In this document: piece after piece, positions 39,485-48,471 of the stretch
Layout: the number at the start of each line of letters is the position of its first letter
How positions within the stretch are numbered: position 1 is the stretch's first letter
Origin: Phycisphaeraceae bacterium
GTDB taxonomy: Bacteria; Planctomycetota; Phycisphaerae; Phycisphaerales; Zrk34
Reading direction: 5' to 3'
Length of the DNA: 55,184 nt
Assembly: GCA_040905565.1 (NCBI GenBank)
Contig: JBBDRF010000015.1
Coordinates: 1 to 55,184, forward strand
Notes under the pieces: model-generated
Database searches by the model: none
The model's input: the letters and a program-made list of their open reading frames with translations, nothing else
Told to the model about the DNA's origin: nothing
Translations under genes and position numbers: made by a program

Positions 39485-40951
39485 TCAGGTGATGATCGCC
39501 TCGACGTGCTTGCCATGGACATCGGTCAAGCGGAAGTCGCGGCCCTGGAACTTGTACGTAAGGCGTTCGTGGTTGATCCCCATCAGGTGGAGTATGGTGG
39601 CTTGGAAGTCGTGGGTGTGAACGCCGTCTTTGGCGACGTTGGCGCCGAAGTCATCCGTTTCGCCGTGGACGTATCCGGGCTTGATGCCGCCGCCGGCCAT
39701 CCAGAGCGTGAAGCAGCGGGGATGGTGGTCGCGGCCGTGCTGCTCCGCATTGTTCAGATCACCCTGGCAGAAGACGGTTCGGCCGAACTCGCCACCCCAG
39801 ATCACCAGCGTTTCCTCAAGTAGGCCACGCTGTTCAAGATCCTTCACGAGGGCGGCGGCGGGTTGGTCGGTATCGGTGCACTGGATCTCCAGCTGCGTCG
39901 GCAGGTTCTGGTGCTGGTCCCAGCCGGCGTGCATGAGCTGCGTAAACCGCACACCCTGCTCGGCAAGGCGACGCGCGAGCAGGCAGTTGAACGCGAACGA
40001 ACCTCGCCTGCGGACATCCGAGCCATACATTTCCAGAATGTGCTCGGGTTCGGTTTCGATATCGGTCAGCTCCGGGACGGAAGCCTGCATGCGGTAGGCC
40101 AGTTCGTACTGCGCGATGCGGGTCGAGATCTCTGGATCCTGCACCTGCTCATGCTTCTTCTGGTTGAGTGCTGCGAGGTCATCAAGGAGTCCCCGTCGTG
40201 TCTGGCGGCTCATGCCCGGCGGGTTGGAGAGGTAGAGAACCGGATCGCCCGAGCCTCGGAACTGTACACCCTGATGCACGCTGGGCAGGAAGCCGGATCC
40301 CCAGTAATAGTCGTAGAAGAGCTGCCCGCAGGTGGCTTCGCGATCGCGTGAAGTCATCACGCAGAAGGTCGGGAGGTTTGCGTTGGCGGAGCCGAGGCCG
40401 TAGGACAGCCAGGCACCCATGGAGGGGCGACCGGGCGTTTCGCCACCGGTGAGGAAGAAGGTGGTCGCGGGTGCGTGGTTGATCTGCTCGGTGTACATGG
40501 AGCGGATAAAGCAGAGGCGGTCGGCGATGGAGGCGGTATGCGGGAGGAAGTCGCAAAGCCATGCACCGCTGGGGCCGTACTGTTTGAAGCCGGTGCGTGG
40601 GCGGAGCAGAAGCTGCTGAGCCTGTCCCGCCGTCATGGTCGTCAGGCGTTGGCCGCCGAGGACGTCTTTTGGAATCTCCTGGCCATGTTGCTTTCCGAGA
40701 GCCGGTTTGTAGTCGAACAGATCGACGTGGGAAGGCCCGCCGGACTGGAAAAGGTAGATAACGCGCTTGGCTTTCGGGGCAAAGTTCGGGAAAGGGCGGT
40801 TCAGTGCAGCGAGGCCGCTGGCGTCGTCGGCCGCGGAAGCGCGGTTCGTATTCAACAGCGTCGCCAGCGCACCGATGCCGATGCCTGTGCTGGCGCGGCC
40901 GAAGAACTGGCGGCGCGTTTCGATCAGCTGTTTTTCGTGAAGTGGGTGCAT
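39485..40951 (-). CDS. DUF1501 domain protein, copy 3
   Basis: TRRQFF, FQSGGPSHVDLFDYKP, WDQH, WGGEFGRT, GRDHHP. An alternative start is at 40963. Confidence 0.92.
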   Translation of the reverse strand: MHPLHEKQLIETRRQFFGRASTGIGIGALATLLNTNRASAADDASGLAALNRPFPNFAPKAKRVIYLFQSGGPSHVDLFDYKPALGKQHGQEIPKDVLGGQRLTTMTAGQAQQLLLRPRTGFKQYGPSGAWLCDFLPHTASIADRLCFIRSMYTEQINHAPATTFFLTGGETPGRPSMGAWLSYGLGSANANLPTFCVMTSRDREATCGQLFYDYYWGSGFLPSVHQGVQFRGSGDPVLYLSNPPGMSRQTRRGLLDDLAALNQKKHEQVQDPEISTRIAQYELAYRMQASVPELTDIETEPEHILEMYGSDVRRRGSFAFNCLLARRLAEQGVRFTQLMHAGWDQHQNLPTQLEIQCTDTDQPAAALVKDLEQRGLLEETLVIWGGEFGRTVFCQGDLNNAEQHGRDHHPRCFTLWMAGGGIKPGYVHGETDDFGANVAKDGVHTHDFQATILHLMGINHERLTYKFQGRDFRLTDVHGKHVEAIIT

Positions 40952-40975
40952 GTGGCGATCCAATTGACCTGTTCG

Positions 40976-43900
40976 CTATTCCCGGATGAGGACTTCGTCG
41001 AGATTCAGGATGAGACTGGCGATGGCGGTGTAGGCGGCATGATCAACCGGGTCGAGCGTCTCATCGCGGGCCGAGTCGCCGACACTCAGGAGCTCGTTGG
41101 CGGCCTGAGGGTCGTTGGCGAATTCGCTGCGGGCGCGCTGCAGCCCGCCTTTCAGAATCGCGAGTTCGTCGGGCTGAGGATCGCGCGTCGTGGCGAGATT
41201 GAACGCCCAGGTGAGGCGGTCGGTGGCATTGTCGCCGCCTTCGAGGAGCATCCTTTGCGCGAGATGGCGGGCGGCTTCGACGTATGCTGGATCGTTAAGC
41301 AGGATGAGCGCGTGAAGCGGCGTATTTGTTAGCCGAGGCGTGACGGCGCAGACCGTGCGATCGCTCACATCAAAGAATGTCGTCGGCCCGACGATACGAC
41401 GCCAGAATGTGTAAAGCGATCGCCGGTAAAGGTCTTCACCGGTGCTTTGGGTGTAGCTGATCTGCCCGAAGGTGACTTCCTCCCAGATGCCGGGCGGTTG
41501 GTAGGGGGTCACGCCCGGGCCTCCTGTTTTCTCGACCAGGAGGCCGGCGAGCGCGAGCGCCTGGTCACGCAGGACGTGGGAGGGGAGGCGACGGCGGGGG
41601 CCTCGGGCGATGAGGCGGTTTTCCGGATCGCGTTCGCGCAGGTCTGAATCCGTCATGCGTGAAGACTGCTGGTAGGCGTTGGACGTCACGATGAGCCGGT
41701 GCATACGCTTCACGTCCCAGCCGCTCTGCACGAACTCGACCGCAAGCCAGTCGAGTAGCTGCGGATGGGAGGGAAGTTCGGCCCGGACGCCGAAATCTTC
41801 CGCCGTCTTCACGATGCCGATGCCGAAGTAGTGTTGCCAGAATCGGTTGACAGTGACGCGGGCAGTGAGAGGATTATCTTCGCTGATGAGCCACTGGGCG
41901 AGATCCAGCCGGTTGCCGCCGCTTTCGCCGGGCATAGCGTGCAGGGCCCCAGGTGTGCCGGTGGAAACCTTCTGGCCGTACTGGTCCCATCCGCCAGCTT
42001 CGAGGACGAAGGTGTCACGCGGATCGTCGCGTTCGCCCATGACCATGACCTGCGGAGCACTGCTTTCCACGGCCTGGCGTTGCGCGCGCACATCGTCGAT
42101 CTGCTGTTGGAGCGTGCGTCGACGGTGATCGGCGAAGGCCTCGGTAATCAAGTCCTGCTGAGCGGCGTCGCGTTCTTCAGGATCGGTGCGAAGTGCGTCA
42201 ATGAGTGGTGCCGGCGGGGCAGTGCCCTGATCGAGCGCGGGGGCATCGGCAGAAGTGGCGAGCAGCCGAAAGCGACCGATGTTGTGATGCGCATGCGGTG
42301 AGTCGTGGCGAAGCCGCACCGTGATCTCGCCCGGCGCCTCCAAGTGAAGCGGCTCGGCGAAGGTGAAAATGGCGACCCGATCGCGGTGGGCCTCGACGTT
42401 GTCGAGAATCGCGTACCCCGTGCTGGGATTGCCGTCGATGGCGTTGGTCGGCGGAAAACCGTTCTGATTAAAATCGGCATCGGCGGAGGCGAAGCGAAGT
42501 TGCTCGCCGTGAACTTCGGCCTCGATGCCGGTGAGCACGAAGTTGCCGCTGTCGGAACGCGCCAGGCCGCCGTGCGTGAATGTTGCGTCTGTGAAGGTCT
42601 CCAGACGAAGGGCCGTCAACTTGCCCGCGGGGAGCTCAAGCGTGATGGTGTAGGTATCGTTGATGGGATTCTCGCCGCTGACGTGGATGATGTTGTCGCT
42701 GGCGATCGCGAGAGTAGCGCCGGCTTCGGAATCGATAGCGGTAGGGGGCAGTTGATGCCACGTCGGGCCTTCCACGCTGCTCAGCAGTTGCTGCGACCAC
42801 TGAGCAAGTTCGTCGGGATTCGGCTGCGGATCGGCCTGTAACCGGGATTCGAGGTCGGCGATGTCGGCGGCGAACGCGTCGAGCTGCTGTTGTTGGGCGT
42901 CCGTCGGCATCGACATGAGAGGGGCCGTGTCGTAAGGAGCGCCCGTCTCCGCGACATTGTTGAAGTAGGCGTAGAAGCGGTAGAAGTCCTTCTGCGAGAT
43001 CGGGTCGTACTTATGATCGTGGCACTGGGCACAGCTCATGGTCAGGCCCAGCCAGATCGTTGAGGTCGTGTCGACGCGGTCGATCACGTAGTTGACGCGC
43101 GATTCCTCAGCGATCGCTCCGCCTTCGTTGTTGGCCATATGGTTGCGATTGAAGGCGCTCGCCAGATGCTGCTGACGCGTGCGGTCGGGCAGCAGATCGC
43201 CGGCGACTTGCTCTACGGTGAACTGGTCGTAAGGCATGTTCGCGTTGAAGGCGCGAACGACCCAGTCCCGCCACGGCCACTGCTCACGCGTGCGGTCGGC
43301 CTGGTAGCCGGACGTGTCGGAATAGCGGGCCGCGTCAAGCCAGGTCCACGCCATGTGCTCACCGTAACGTGGTGACGCGAGCAGGCGATCGACAAGCCGT
43401 TCGTACGCGTCAGGCCGATCGTCATTGACAAAAGCATCGACCTCTTCGGGCGTCGGAGGCAGGCCCGTCAGGTCCAACGTGACGCGGCGGATCAGCGTGT
43501 GCCGCGCAGCGGGCTGGGACGGTCTAATGCCATCGCGCTCCAGTCGGGCGAGGATGAAATGGTCGATGGCATTGCGAATCCACCCATCGTCGTCGACGCG
43601 CGGCAACTCGGGGCGCGTCGGAGCGATGAAGGCCCAGTGGTCTTCGTATGCCGCCCCCTCGTCGATCCATCGCGCGATGAGCTGAATTTCCTCGTCCGTC
43701 AGCTGCCGCGTGTGGTCGGGCGGAGGCATCTGGTCGGCAGGATGTTCCGCGATGATCCGCTGGAAGGCTTCGCTCTCGTCGACATCGCCTGGGGCGATCG
43801 GTTGGTAGCCGCCGAAGTCTGCCGTCGCCGCTTCGAAGGTGTCGAGTCGAAGGTCGGCTTCGCGCGAGGCGGCATCGAAGCCGTGACAGGTAAAGCAGGC

Positions 43901-44017
43901 GTCGGCGAGGATTGGGCGGATGTCGCGGTTGAAAGCGATGCCGTCGGCAGCCTCGAGCGGTGGGGGCGTGAGCAGGACCACCAACAGTAGTGCGGCGATG
44001 GGACCGAATCGTGTCAT
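40976..44017 (-). CDS. PSD1/DUF1549/planctomycete cytochrome c domain protein, copy 3
   Basis: CFTCHG, YGEHMAWTWLDAARYSDT, CAQCHDHKYDP, SHPQLLDWLA, NTPLHAL. Confidence 0.93.
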   Translation of the reverse strand: MTRFGPIAALLLVVLLTPPPLEAADGIAFNRDIRPILADACFTCHGFDAASREADLRLDTFEAATADFGGYQPIAPGDVDESEAFQRIIAEHPADQMPPPDHTRQLTDEEIQLIARWIDEGAAYEDHWAFIAPTRPELPRVDDDGWIRNAIDHFILARLERDGIRPSQPAARHTLIRRVTLDLTGLPPTPEEVDAFVNDDRPDAYERLVDRLLASPRYGEHMAWTWLDAARYSDTSGYQADRTREQWPWRDWVVRAFNANMPYDQFTVEQVAGDLLPDRTRQQHLASAFNRNHMANNEGGAIAEESRVNYVIDRVDTTSTIWLGLTMSCAQCHDHKYDPISQKDFYRFYAYFNNVAETGAPYDTAPLMSMPTDAQQQQLDAFAADIADLESRLQADPQPNPDELAQWSQQLLSSVEGPTWHQLPPTAIDSEAGATLAIASDNIIHVSGENPINDTYTITLELPAGKLTALRLETFTDATFTHGGLARSDSGNFVLTGIEAEVHGEQLRFASADADFNQNGFPPTNAIDGNPSTGYAILDNVEAHRDRVAIFTFAEPLHLEAPGEITVRLRHDSPHAHHNIGRFRLLATSADAPALDQGTAPPAPLIDALRTDPEERDAAQQDLITEAFADHRRRTLQQQIDDVRAQRQAVESSAPQVMVMGERDDPRDTFVLEAGGWDQYGQKVSTGTPGALHAMPGESGGNRLDLAQWLISEDNPLTARVTVNRFWQHYFGIGIVKTAEDFGVRAELPSHPQLLDWLAVEFVQSGWDVKRMHRLIVTSNAYQQSSRMTDSDLRERDPENRLIARGPRRRLPSHVLRDQALALAGLLVEKTGGPGVTPYQPPGIWEEVTFGQISYTQSTGEDLYRRSLYTFWRRIVGPTTFFDVSDRTVCAVTPRLTNTPLHALILLNDPAYVEAARHLAQRMLLEGGDNATDRLTWAFNLATTRDPQPDELAILKGGLQRARSEFANDPQAANELLSVGDSARDETLDPVDHAAYTAIASLILNLDEVLIRE

Positions 44018-44233
44018 ACGCCTCGTCTCCGCTTCAGAAGGGGGCTCCCGTCTAGCTCAACATAGAAGGCTTGTGCGGCTCGTGCAATCAAAGAGGGGCA
44101 AAAACCAGCGTCGGTTTTCGCACGCACGCGCAGCCATGTGACCCACATTGGCGGGGTGATGTCTTGCCGAAGGAACGACGCCATCTATCTCGCCACCCGT
44201 TTCGGGGCAAGACCGGTTGCCGTGGTGGGGGGG

Positions 44234-47179
44234 TCAGGCGCTGATCTTCTGCATGACGAAGCGGCGGGCGGTGTCGAGCGCCTCGTCGAGCTTGGCGGGA
44301 TCTTTGCCGCCGGCCTGGGCCATGTCGGGGCGACCACCGCCGCCGCCGCCGGCGACCTTCGCCACCTCGCGCACCCAGTCGCCGGCCTTGAGGCCCTGCT
44401 CGATCATGTGCTGAGGGACGGCGGCGAGAAAGGCGATCTTGTCCTCACCGGCCGCGGCCAGCAGCATCGCCGCGTCGGGCTTCTTCTTGCGGATCACGTC
44501 CATGGCGGTGCGAAGGGAGTTCGCGTCGGCACCGTCGATCGAAGCGACGATCACGCCGTTGCTCGCCTGGTCGGCCAGTTGTCGGGCGGTATCGACGACC
44601 TGCCCCTCCGCGGCGAGAGCCGATTGCCTGCGATGCGCTTTCGCCTGCTTTTGCAGATCGGTGAGATCCTGCCGCAGTTTCATCCGCACCGTGTGGGGCA
44701 TGGTGACGACGGTCAACGCTTCGTTGAGCGATTGCAGATCCTGCTCCATCGAATCGGGGTGCGCCTCTTTCAGTGCGGCGATACGCTCGGTGAGCACCTG
44801 ACCGTGAGCGAGGGCGCGGCCCGCCATCGGACCGGCGATCCCGGTCACCCGGCGGATGCCCTTGGCGACGGCCTCTTCGTTGGTGATGACGAAACGCTGG
44901 GCCTCGCCGGTATGTTTGAGATGGATGCCGCCGCAGAACTCGATGGAGTAGTCGGTCCAGTCACGCGTCGGAGCCGCCAGCAGATCGTCAACGCTGACGC
45001 CGATGGAAACGACGCGCACCTTCTCCGGATACTTCTCGCCGAACACCGCGCGCAGCCCCCTAATCTTGCGGGCTTCTTCCTGGGGTGCGACGGCTGCGAA
45101 GACGACGAGCCGTTCCTCGATCGCCTTATTTACCAGCTTCTCGATCTTCTCAACCTGCTCCGCGCTCAGCGGCTTGGGGTGCGAGAAATCGAACCGGGTG
45201 CGGGTATCGTCGACCAGCGAGCCCTTCTGCTGCACGTGGTCGCCGAGCACTTCACGCAGGGCCCAGTTGAGCAGATGCGTGACCGTATGGTGAATCGCGA
45301 TGGCGCGGCGGCGGGGCTGATCGACCTCGAGCAGCAGTTGATCGTCCATCGAGAACGGGCGGTCGGAGCGGTGGACGCTGCCGGCTTCGAGCTCGCCGAG
45401 GTGGAAGAAGACGCCGCCGATTCGGATGGTGTCGTCGACACGGAACACCGCCCCGTGACGCGTGTGCATGTAACCCCGATCGCCCACCTGCCCACCGGCC
45501 TCGGCGTAAAACGGCGTCCGGCTGACCACCACGGCACCGGCCTGGCCGACCTCCAGCGTGTCGATCGGCTCGTAGTGATCGTCGGTCTTGGCGAGGATCC
45601 GCAGCGGCGTGCCGTCGTCGTTGACAGGCGTCTTGTAGCCGAGGAACCGCGTGGCGGGCAGTTGTTCTTTCTGCACGAGTTCAAGCAGCGACTGCCGTGC
45701 GCCGTCGCCCGTTCCCGAGTCGGCGCGGCTGCGCTTCCGCGCCTTCTCCATCTGATCGTCAAAGCCCCGCTCGTCGACCTGGAGGCCCCGTTCCTCGGCC
45801 ATGAGCATGGTGAGGTCGAGCGGGAAGCCGTAGGTGTCGTAGAGGCGGAAGGCGTCTTCGCCGGAGATCCTGGGCCGTAGATTCTTCGGCGCTAAGGTCC
45901 AATCAATTCTTGCGGATCGGAAGTGCTCAGGCCTTGACACGTCGTGCCGAATGCCATTCGCTTCGAGGACTGGCTGAAGGTCCGCGAAAGAGCTTCTTTC
46001 GATCAACTCGTCTGCCGCGGTAATAGCAGCCCGTTCGAACAACTCGATGCCCCGGTCCAGCGTGCGGCCGAACGATTCCTCCTCCTCACGCACCACCGTG
46101 GCGATGTGTTCGGGATCGTCCTTCAGTTCCGGGAATACATCGCCCATCTGATCCACCACCACCCGCACCAGGCGATACAGGAACAGGTCGTCGATCTCCA
46201 GATTCTGCCTACCGTAGCGCACCGCGCGACGAAGAATTCGGCGGAGCACATAGCCGCGACCGTCGTTGCTGGGCATCGCGCCGTCGGCAATGGCGAACGT
46301 CAGGCAGCGGGCGTGGTCGGCGATCACCCGGTAGGCGGTATCGATCGGGTCGTCCATTTTGCCCGCATAGGCGCGGACACCGCTGATCTCACGAATCGCC
46401 TCGAAAAGCGGGGCAAATACGTCGGTGTCGTAGTTCGAGTTCTTGCCCTGAATCACAGCGCAGATGCGCTCAAAGCCCATGCCCGTGTCCACGTGATGCG
46501 AAGGCAGGTTGCTCAACTCGCCGCTGGCGCTGCGGTTGAACTGGATGAACACAAGGTTCCAAATTTCGATGGCGCGTGGATCGTCCTGGTTCACCAGCTT
46601 GCCGCCGGTTTTGTCGTCGGTCAGGTCGATGTGGATTTCGGAGCAGGGGCCGCAGGGGCCGGTTTCGCCCATCTCCCAGAAGTTGTCCTTCATGTCGCCC
46701 GGCAGCACGCGCTCGGGAGGCAGGTACTTCAGCCACAGGTCGCGGGCTTCGTGATCGGGCTCAAGGCCTTCGCTGGCGTTGCCCTCAAAGTAGGTGGCGT
46801 AGAGGCGGGTTTGATCGAGGCCCCAGATTTCGGTCAGCAGTTGCCAGGCCCAGTCGATCGCTTCGGTTTTGAAGTAGTCGCCGAAGCTCCAGTTGCCGAG
46901 CATTTCGAAGAAGGTGTGGTGGTAGGTGTCTTTGCCGACGTCGTCGAGGTCGTTGTGCTTGCCACCGGCCCGGATGCACTTCTGGCTGTTGACGGCCCGG
47001 GAGCAGGGCCGCTCGCCCACGCCCAGGAACACGTCTTTGAACTGGTTCATCCCCGCGTTGGTGAACAGAAGTGTCGGATCATCATGCGGAACCACCGGCG
47101 AAGAGGGCACAAAGCTGTGGCCACACTTGTCGATAAAGAAATCGATGAACTGTTGTCGAATCGCGTTGCTGGTGGACAT
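44234..47179 (-). CDS. alaS: Alanine--tRNA ligase
   Basis: DPTLLFTNAGMNQFK, HHTFFEMLGNWSFGDYFK, DTGMGFER, LYDTYGFP, editing motifs HTVTH and EFCGG, GGGGGRPDMAQAGG. Start set at ATG 47179 (MSTSNAIRQQF). Confidence 0.98.
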   Translation of the reverse strand: MSTSNAIRQQFIDFFIDKCGHSFVPSSPVVPHDDPTLLFTNAGMNQFKDVFLGVGERPCSRAVNSQKCIRAGGKHNDLDDVGKDTYHHTFFEMLGNWSFGDYFKTEAIDWAWQLLTEIWGLDQTRLYATYFEGNASEGLEPDHEARDLWLKYLPPERVLPGDMKDNFWEMGETGPCGPCSEIHIDLTDDKTGGKLVNQDDPRAIEIWNLVFIQFNRSASGELSNLPSHHVDTGMGFERICAVIQGKNSNYDTDVFAPLFEAIREISGVRAYAGKMDDPIDTAYRVIADHARCLTFAIADGAMPSNDGRGYVLRRILRRAVRYGRQNLEIDDLFLYRLVRVVVDQMGDVFPELKDDPEHIATVVREEEESFGRTLDRGIELFERAAITAADELIERSSFADLQPVLEANGIRHDVSRPEHFRSARIDWTLAPKNLRPRISGEDAFRLYDTYGFPLDLTMLMAEERGLQVDERGFDDQMEKARKRSRADSGTGDGARQSLLELVQKEQLPATRFLGYKTPVNDDGTPLRILAKTDDHYEPIDTLEVGQAGAVVVSRTPFYAEAGGQVGDRGYMHTRHGAVFRVDDTIRIGGVFFHLGELEAGSVHRSDRPFSMDDQLLLEVDQPRRRAIAIHHTVTHLLNWALREVLGDHVQQKGSLVDDTRTRFDFSHPKPLSAEQVEKIEKLVNKAIEERLVVFAAVAPQEEARKIRGLRAVFGEKYPEKVRVVSIGVSVDDLLAAPTRDWTDYSIEFCGGIHLKHTGEAQRFVITNEEAVAKGIRRVTGIAGPMAGRALAHGQVLTERIAALKEAHPDSMEQDLQSLNEALTVVTMPHTVRMKLRQDLTDLQKQAKAHRRQSALAAEGQVVDTARQLADQASNGVIVASIDGADANSLRTAMDVIRKKKPDAAMLLAAAGEDKIAFLAAVPQHMIEQGLKAGDWVREVAKVAGGGGGGRPDMAQAGGKDPAKLDEALDTARRFVMQKISA

Positions 47180-47428
47180 CAAGTCACTCTCGCCCCGCAG
47201 CCCGGGGGTAAAAGGAATCGGCAAAATGGGCGCGGCATTATAGTAGTTGCGCCAACGCCCCGAAAGCACACACCCCGTAACGTCACCCACAGCAGCTACC
47301 CACGATACCGTCGCCTTGTCCCCAAGCCGGTCCCCCCGGGCCACACCCACAAATGTTCAACGGCCCGTGATCCGACCGCCGAACTCTGGCACCACCGACC
47401 CGCGCAGAAACACACCATAAGCCCCGAC

Positions 47429-47456
47429 TTGACACCCCGTGCCGAGGCCGTACAAT
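47429..47456 (+). promoter_or_regulatory. Sigma70 promoter of the tRNA gene
   Basis: TTGACA (47429-47434), 16-bp spacer, TACAAT (47451-47456), ending 13 bp upstream of the tRNA. Confidence 0.8.
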
Positions 47457-47469
47457 GCGTCGCACATGA

Positions 47470-47543
<74 letters not shown>

Positions 47544-47582
47544 TTGAAGCAGACGGTCGCGAACTTTAGCGACCCACCAGTT

Positions 47583-47624
47583 AACGCAGAACGCCGAGGC
47601 ACCACGCCTCGGCGTTTTTGCGTT
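47583..47624 (+). terminator. Rho-independent terminator after the tRNA
   Basis: AACGCCGAGGC-ACCAC-GCCTCGGCGTT followed by a T run. Confidence 0.75.
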
Positions 47625-47882
47625 CTACGGGAGTTTTCCAAGAATTTACGCCCTCCCCCGCTGGCCTCGGGGTTCAGCATCTGCCGTGACTGAGACACCT
47701 CACCGTCCGCCGTTCGGCGCAGACCGGGCGTCTTTCCGACAAAAAGCCTCAGAGTCTCTGCAGCCTCTCTGCCCGCTGGTTATGAGGGGTTTGGGTTCGG
47801 AGTACTCCGCCAACACGCTTCGAACTGCTGATCGAGCCGCAGGATCCCAGCGTGGACGCAATTCATCCGTCCGCCAACCGCT

Positions 47883-48471
47883 CGCGCCCCCTAAACCCAC
47901 TTCCTCGCGATGCCGCTGATCAAGGAACAACTGCGCCTTGCGGTTCAAGCCGCAACTGCAGACAATGGTCAAGGTTTATATTTATGCAGCTCTCCGCCGC
48001 GAAGAAGCCCTCTGGCTCACGGCCGAGGATGTGCGACTGAGAGACGGGGCCAACGGCATGATTCGTGTGCGGGCAAAAACAATCGACGGCACATCCTGGC
48101 AGCCCAAGGGCAACCGGGCCGTGCCCATCAGCCGTGCCATTCGTTCCCGCCTCGACCGCTACACCCCTCGCGCCTCCGATGCAGCGTGGTACTTCCCCAG
48201 CCCCAACGGCACCCACTGGGACGCCGACAACTCCTCCGCCGATCTGCGAGCCGCCAACGCCGAAGCAGGCCTCCGCTGGACCTGCCTCGACTACCGCCAC
48301 ACCTTCGGCTCACAGCTGGCGCAAAACAACGTCAGCCTCTACAAACTCACCACCCTCGTGGGTAAAAGCCCCGAAATCTGCCACCGCCACTATGTTGCCC
48401 TCGTGTCCGAGGCGATGGCCAGTGAGGTGGGGTTCGCAGCCGTCCAAATTGAGAATCGGCTTCATGGATAA
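47883..48471 (+). pseudogene. Tyrosine recombinase/integrase C-terminal remnant
   Basis: YAALRREEALWL, KGNRAVPIS and DYRHTFGSQLAQ..RHY are catalytic-domain motifs. The upstream frame reads RAP-stop(47892)-THFLAMPLIKEQL and needs a frameshift near 47935. The N-terminal domains are missing. Confidence 0.8.

Noticed and set aside
45869..46024. Intein or self-splicing intron in alaS
   Set aside because: There are no Cys/Ser...His-Asn termini, the segment is far too short, and the frame stays open. It is kept only as an unexplained insertion.
47180..47350. N-terminal extension of alaS
   Set aside because: AlaRS similarity begins at MSTSNAIR. The extension covers the RBS and a TATAAT box (47237-47242, - strand).
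47650..47663. att-site duplicate of the tRNA 3' end (CCCTCCCCCGCT)
   Set aside because: Too short, imperfect and low-complexity to support.
48065..48463. N-terminal extension of the 765-aa ORF
   Set aside because: It is an alternative frame of the integrase remnant (Pro/Thr/Ser-rich). The plausible start is ATG 48464.
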